The notes below the pieces were generated by a model that saw only the letters and a program-made list of their open reading frames with translations, was not told where the DNA came from and did no database searches. A stretch of DNA of 63,900 nucleotides, counting the filler, from Folioceros fuciformis (Eukaryota): assembly GCA_049999805.1 (NCBI GenBank). It is 12 parts of 12 records of this genome, joined end to end, with 100 filler letters (N's around TTAATTAATTAA, not from the genome) between each part and the next. Parts side by side here need not be neighbours in the genome. Positions count along the whole stretch, not along the records: positions 62,549 to 63,900 come from JBNGIO010000958.1; 11 more parts are not named here. One strand, written 5' to 3'. A program made the translations under genes and the position numbers. This document shows, one piece after another, positions 63,566 through 63,900 of this stretch (the stretch's first letter is position 1; each line of letters opens with the position of its first letter).

Positions 63566-63900
63566 TGTGAACCTCCAAAGTTTGGGGTAGTAGTTTGTTT
63601 TGGTTGAAAAAGGGTTAATAGTGGTATGGTTTGGTTTTCTTTTTCAACTTATTTTCCCTAATTTTCCTTGATTTTCTGGTTATTTTTCCTATTTTTATTT
63701 GTGTTAATTAGGTTAATTGACCAGGAAATAGTTGGTTTGGTTATAAGAGTGGGTATAGGTTTGGTCCCAGACCTGGGAAGGTTTAGGTTTGGTACCAGGC
63801 CATAGGGTTGGGTGATTAGTTTAATATTAATTAAAGATATATAATATTAAATGATTAAATAATAAAATAATGGTTTGAACATAGGAACGGGTATCTGGGT
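63566..63900 (+). mobile_element. LTR-like insertion interrupting the Copia pol
   Basis: Abrupt switch to AT-rich sequence at TGTGAA, similar to the sequence from 26235 onward. Confidence 0.55.

Overview
This is eukaryotic land-plant nuclear DNA, not a single locus. Twelve short contigs are joined by 11 identical artificial spacers (N44-TTAATTAATTAA-N44), so adjacency across spacers means nothing. Dense genes, mostly ~70-120 nt GT-AG introns, and PLS-class PPR proteins with extra-long L motifs and a WW-type PG box suggest a seed-free plant, most likely a hornwort (inference). Recognisable genes: NAD(P)-binding Rossmann/SDR protein, NT-C2-domain protein, GH31 alpha-glucosidase (HGL1-like, partial, intronless), trehalose-6-phosphate phosphatase (partial), HINT1, two PLS-E(+) PPR editing factors, an ASG1-like protein, an OVATE protein and a CHR12/MINU-type SWI2/SNF2 ATPase. 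Also present: LRR and possible F-box pseudogenes, Copia, Gypsy, CRE-like and MITE transposon remnants, and several minisatellites. Best leads: (1) the C-terminal domain of the NT-C2 protein has motifs like herpes-tegument/VTD-type papain-fold deubiquitinases; (2) eroded DYW deaminase domains lie just behind the PPR stop codons; (3) a multi-copy orphan-ORF cassette is shared by two contigs; (4) the MINU ATPase has DEGQ in place of DEGH. Gene models were read by eye and no database searches were run.
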